NCBI GenBank assembly: GCA_963724295.1
Contig: CAVRUC010000005.1
Location: 32,001-96,000, forward strand
Length of the DNA: 64,000 nucleotides
Direction of reading: 5' to 3'
DNA from: an uncultured Chloroflexia bacterium
Lineage (GTDB): Bacteria > Chloroflexota > Chloroflexia > Thermomicrobiales > UBA6265
Of the stretch, positions 60,701 to 64,000 are shown in pieces. Numbering within the stretch: position 1 is the first letter of the stretch; each line of letters opens with the position of its first letter. The notes under the pieces are model-generated. The model was not told the origin of the DNA, ran no database searches, and worked only from the letters and a program-made list of their open reading frames with translations. Made by a program: the position numbers and the translations under genes.

Positions 60701-60935
60701 ACGTGGTGCCCAAGCGGGGCGAGGAACTCCTCGGTCAGGTAATGAAGAAAACGGCCCCCGCGACAAGCGGCGTGCCGCAGGTTCCCCCCGCGGTTCGGCC
60801 ACCACACCGGACGGGCACGACGCTTCCCGGAAGAAAGGCAGGAGAGCACCGTCGCGTCGCGCGCCCGACGAGCCGACGGAGTCGAAGGTAGGTCCGTCGC
60901 GTCCGCGCCGGGGTCGGGGCTCTTCGTCAAACTAA
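57765..60935 (+). CDS. Ski2/HelY-like DEAD/DEAH RNA helicase
   Basis: APTGTGKT, PIKALSNQK, DEIH, SAT, HHAG, QMAGRAGRRG, C-terminal DSHCT-like EGDLV. Confidence 0.92.
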   Translation: MSTELLERSAALADVASVGEPGRFDDAIAQFESHYPFALDAFQREAIQTLLSGDSVMVAAPTGTGKTVVAEFGVWEAFKRTGRVIYTTPIKALSNQKYRDLRTIYGDQVGLLTGDVSENREARVVIMTTEVLRNMLLQTPWDLDDVDTVIFDEIHYLADPERGTTWEESIILCPDHVQLICLSATINNADEIAAWISRTHRPIRLITHTERAVPLALHYFIDGKLNLVVDHTGARVRDFPHTGGELRRQAARGGFAKQRAERSTPEMDEPQPREIVDALAAKDMLPAIYFLFSRNDCQAFAERLAVMRPNLVTERQVGLIDQTIEAILAGMRPEDRELQQVQTMTALARKGIGFHHAGLLPILKQLVEVLFTRGLMEVVFATDTLALGINMPARTVVIGRMSKWDGRRRRMLIPNEFQQMAGRAGRRGMDPFGHVVVPYSPWFTFRETLDIATGELHPVQSAFAIRYNTVLNLWDPPLGERVRALLQQSLAQFQSSQRIRDLEDQIIALGEEIDRIPQGCLIGLEGGEELLEDYRRVNRSLAAAQSKERRLEGERSSVHRDLQATTPWTEPGRQALRRAFRAAQPGTIAHARDGGWGILLGKGSIGGVGRFLFRDGSIRLLTEYRQIDHLTEKRIELPAEFQNPPEDVTDGVALGGKRRLNSLWKIVDNLGLPDLDAMAAEHRAIEEERAASRILALDGDVAEAVTQARSLWQERQSHPCHECPRRNEHRDYLAQVDRLDKDRRALEEELGREIDLEEERLRNVIRGIRNVLHRFGYLHRGYPTEKADMLAEVFDNDGLILCELVDRGVLDNLPPEDLAELFSWFSFDREFRYGNRFVLPDRLVLARRRIEDVEHAVLSEERGEGLAISEGHNPNFYGAARAWSRGATMAEISAQIELSEGDLVMTFNKTIDLMRQIWEMLVNVKPEHPLRTRLQQAESLLRRDIVEHSLALGFAPIELPEIARGELEAAKAERPAAARRGAQAGRGTPRSGNEENGPRDKRRAAGSPRGSATTPDGHDASRKKGRRAPSRRAPDEPTESKVGPSRPRRGRGSSSN

Positions 60936-61180
60936 CGCAGCAGGAGCCAGACTGCGAGCCCGATGCAGGCAGTGGCTAGCGCCAGGTTGATGCCAATCGC
61001 AGGTCGAAGCCAGCGATGGACCTGCTCGGGAGCTCCGGGAAGCGCGCCAGCAAGCAAGTACGACCCCGCTCCAAGCGCTACTGCCATGACGAACAGTCCC
61101 ACCTCTGTGCGAAACAGCAATGCGATGAATGGCGCCGCCAGGATGGCCGCCGCCAGGACCGTAGCTCGCAGTCGATCCAA
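60932..61180 (-). CDS. Small three-TM hypothetical protein
   Basis: 82-aa hydrophobic ORF with a GGGGG RBS-like run. Confidence 0.55.
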   Translation of the reverse strand: MDRLRATVLAAAILAAPFIALLFRTEVGLFVMAVALGAGSYLLAGALPGAPEQVHRWLRPAIGINLALATACIGLAVWLLLR

Positions 61181-61325
61181 ATCGGCCCCCTAGCTCCCGG
61201 CCGCTTCCTACGGCGATATCGGTGCGTGCACAAACGTCCAAGCAAGCCTGCCCCGCCATCCGCTACGATTGCGCTGGCATGGCCGCCGCGCCCGGCCGCG
61301 GCTTGGTAGGTCGCAGAGGCGTACG

Positions 61326-63041
61326 ATGACATTCTGCACCGCCTGTGCTTCACCACTTGTAGCGCCCACTCAGTCGTGTCCAACGTGCGGCGCGCTGCAT
61401 CCACCTGTGCTCGACTTGCGTGGCTCGCGACTACTGGGTGATGCCCCTGCGAAGCAGTCTGCCCTCATCCGCCTGCTCTATCTGGCGCCGATCCTTCTGC
61501 TCTTTGCTGTCGCCGGCGGGCTCGTGCAGCGCCACACTGCCCAGCAACAGGCGCTGGCCTCAGCGTACGCCGCCGCTCAGGACGCCGCCAGAGCTGGGGA
61601 TATCGTCGCGGCGCGTGAAGGATTCGCGGCCCTGGTCGGGTACCGGGATGCCGCCGCGCAAGCTCGCGAGATCGAGACTCGCCTCGAACCTCTGGAGGCG
61701 GCCTACCTGGACGGACTCCAGGCCATCGAACGCGGGAACTACGCCGCCGCCGTCGAACTGCTGGCGCCGGTAGCGGAACAGGCGCCCGGGCTCAGGGATA
61801 CCGCGACACGGCTCGAAGATGCGCAGCGTCTCCTCGTCGCCGAGCTGCGGCGAGACGTCGATGCAGCCGAGACCGTTCGCGACTGGCCGGCCGCTGAGCG
61901 GACATTGCGGGATCTGGTCGCACTGGACGCTTCTGACGACAGCTCACGCCGTCGGCTGGGTCTCTTGCAACGCGAGCATGGCCCGGTCGTCCTCGGTAAC
62001 GATCGCGCGCTCTGGCTGGTGGCGCCGGACGGAAGCGAGCCCCGCCAGCTCACCGATGCCGTCCACGTCATCTGGCCAGTGTGGAGTCCGGATCGTTCGC
62101 AGATCGCTTTCCTGGCGCCTGATCCTGAGGACCCCATGGGCGACGTCTCCCTCTATCGAATAGCCGTCGACGGATCAACGCCGGAGCGCTTGGTCGACGG
62201 CGTCTCGGCGCACGCCGCTCCGTCGTGGAGTCCCGACGGCGCCCGTATCGCCTATACGAGCTTTGCTGGCTACGACCCGGTCTATGAGTCAGGAGCGATC
62301 AGTGTTCGCGTCTTCGACATCGAGAGCGGCGAGGAGACCGACGTGACCGGGAACGAGTACTCGCTTGCCTTTAACCCATCGTGGTCCCCCGACGGCTCTC
62401 AGATCGCCTTCATCGTCAAGCACCAGGGATTGGGCGAACGCCCGCAACACGCACCTGGCGATGTCATGGTCGCCAATCTGGAGCGATCGGATGACGAATT
62501 CGAGAACATGACTGACGGTGCGGTGCGCGACGTTTGGAGCGTTTCCTGGTCACCACAAGGCGATGAGCTGCTTCTGTACAGTCTCTTCGGTCAGACGTGG
62601 TACGAGCCGCCATCGACGTCGATCCGGATGCTGAACCGTGACACGGGAGAAATCGACCAACTAGCCGGCCTCGATGAGCGGCCGACGATGCCGGTCTGGG
62701 CTCCGGATGGAACCAGATTTGCCTTCACCACCAACGAGAAGTCGATCGTGGTTGCCAATTCCACTGGCAATCAACATGAGCTGGAGGCCGACGAGGCCCT
62801 CTCGGGCGAGATCACATGGAGTCCGGACGGTCAGGCGCTGCTCCTTGCACCCTGGGACGCCGACACGTCGAGCACGCTTGTCGACTTTTCTGGCGCCGAT
62901 CCGGTCATGTCAAGCGTCCGTTTCGAATTTGACGCCAGTCCGCCATTCATCTCGCCCCCGCAGTGGGCGCCCGCGGTCGCACTGCCGCCAGATCAGAACG
63001 CGGCGGTGATCCCGCCGGCCGGTGGGCCACCGCTTTCGTGA
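61326..63041 (+). CDS. Zn-ribbon, TM, TPR-like and TolB-type (PD40) beta-propeller protein
   Basis: CTAC..CPTCG, TM helix, repeated P-x-WSPDG motifs. Confidence 0.8.
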   Translation: MTFCTACASPLVAPTQSCPTCGALHPPVLDLRGSRLLGDAPAKQSALIRLLYLAPILLLFAVAGGLVQRHTAQQQALASAYAAAQDAARAGDIVAAREGFAALVGYRDAAAQAREIETRLEPLEAAYLDGLQAIERGNYAAAVELLAPVAEQAPGLRDTATRLEDAQRLLVAELRRDVDAAETVRDWPAAERTLRDLVALDASDDSSRRRLGLLQREHGPVVLGNDRALWLVAPDGSEPRQLTDAVHVIWPVWSPDRSQIAFLAPDPEDPMGDVSLYRIAVDGSTPERLVDGVSAHAAPSWSPDGARIAYTSFAGYDPVYESGAISVRVFDIESGEETDVTGNEYSLAFNPSWSPDGSQIAFIVKHQGLGERPQHAPGDVMVANLERSDDEFENMTDGAVRDVWSVSWSPQGDELLLYSLFGQTWYEPPSTSIRMLNRDTGEIDQLAGLDERPTMPVWAPDGTRFAFTTNEKSIVVANSTGNQHELEADEALSGEITWSPDGQALLLAPWDADTSSTLVDFSGADPVMSSVRFEFDASPPFISPPQWAPAVALPPDQNAAVIPPAGGPPLS

Positions 63042-63589
63042 CGACCGGACCTCGGAACGCGCCAGCTCAACATGGCGGCACCGTTGCCGCGTGGGAAGTC
63101 GTCACCCGCAGTCCGGCCGAGACCGTTGCCATCGGCAACGCCTTAGCCGGTTATCTCCAGGATGGTGATGTCGTGCTACTCCACGGCGATCTCGGCGCCG
63201 GAAAGACCACGTTGGCCAAGGGGATTGCCGCCGCACTGGGAGTCGGCGATGTGGTATCCAGCCCATCGTTCTCGCTCGTCAACGAGTACGACACCGAGTC
63301 GGCCGTGGCTGTCTCGCGCCTCTTTCATCTTGACCTCTACCGCCTTCGGGATGAGGAAGATCTGGCGTCAATTGGGTTCGACGACCTCATAATGTCCACC
63401 GACGGCGTGGTGCTCGTGGAGTGGCCCGAGCGAGCAGCGGCGGTGCTGCCCGAGCGCTTTCTCTTGATCGAGATCGAAACAGTCGGATCCGGCCAACGGC
63501 GCCTGCGGTTCGTTCCCAGTCCCGATGACGATGGCTGGATGGACCGGTTCCAGCGCCTACGATCAGGCCTTGCCCCGGACCCAACGTGA
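63038..63589 (+). CDS. tsaE: tRNA t6A biosynthesis ATPase TsaE
   Basis: LHGDLGAGKTT, SPSFSLVNEY, HLDLYRL, VEWPE. Confidence 0.93.
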   Translation: MTTGPRNAPAQHGGTVAAWEVVTRSPAETVAIGNALAGYLQDGDVVLLHGDLGAGKTTLAKGIAAALGVGDVVSSPSFSLVNEYDTESAVAVSRLFHLDLYRLRDEEDLASIGFDDLIMSTDGVVLVEWPERAAAVLPERFLLIEIETVGSGQRRLRFVPSPDDDGWMDRFQRLRSGLAPDPT

Positions 63590-63602
63590 CCGGCTGCCGG
63601 TC

Positions 63603-64000
63603 CTAAGGGCAATGACTTCCGAACTCACGATATTTCGGCGGGTCAATCTCGTGGTACTCGCGGCACAGGGCGACGAGTCGCTCCAGCAGGACCAGGAATA
63701 GCCGCTCTCCCTTGGCCGCGGATGCCGCAAATGGATCACCCATGACTCCGTGCGCCATCTCGCGGCGGCGCTCTGGAAACTTCGCGTAGCGCCCGATCTC
63801 GGGTCCGAACTTGAGGCGCCAGTCGTCCTTGATGGCGCGCGACATGTCGATCAGGTCCGGCCGTAGATAAAGCTGCAGGCTCGTTTCCCACTCACCCCCA
63901 TGCCCAATGCTGCCATTGTCGGCATCGCTCCAGGCCTGCAGCTCATCCGACGCCATGTTCCAGTACGTCAGCGCGACTGGCCAGACATCCTCCTCCGCGA
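63603..64000 (-). CDS. Creatininase/mycofactocin-peptidase family protein, C-terminal part
   Basis: GHGGEWETS, GVMGDP..ASAAKG; runs off the window end. Confidence 0.8.
   Translation of the reverse strand, partial: AEEDVWPVALTYWNMASDELQAWSDADNGSIGHGGEWETSLQLYLRPDLIDMSRAIKDDWRLKFGPEIGRYAKFPERRREMAHGVMGDPFAASAAKGERLFLVLLERLVALCREYHEIDPPKYREFGSHCP

Noticed and set aside
63603..64000. Mycofactocin mftE assignment
   Set aside because: Only the C-terminal part is visible and no other mft genes are in the window

Overview
A GC-rich bacterial chromosomal segment with about 55 densely packed genes. It is most consistent with Chloroflexota (Thermomicrobiales-like); this is an inference from protein style such as long Tat-like SBP leaders and recurrent ATPxA linkers. 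Most genes are housekeeping or metabolic: peptide and polyol ABC importers, proC, rnz, guaA, trmH, a CtpA-like protease, gdhA, gatB, a CCA enzyme, thiL, a HelY-like helicase and tsaE. No tRNA, rRNA, CRISPR array or mobile element was recognised. The standout is a hidden selenoprotein that the ORF track misses: a glutaredoxin-like domain with a U-P-W-C active site (in-frame TGA at 28809-28811, followed by a bacterial SECIS-like hairpin) fused to an HtrA-type PDZ domain, next to an MgtC-family gene. Other notable items are an IscR/Rrf2-type 25-bp operator upstream of an iron-binding protein, an orphan nuoG-nuoI pair without nuoH, a Ppx-CHAD fusion plus a CHAD gene, twin amidases with DxNxDG inserts beside a CapA-like gene, and a highly structured intergenic region at 30.9-31.1 kb. 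The first gene has six +1 frameshifts, most likely sequencing errors.
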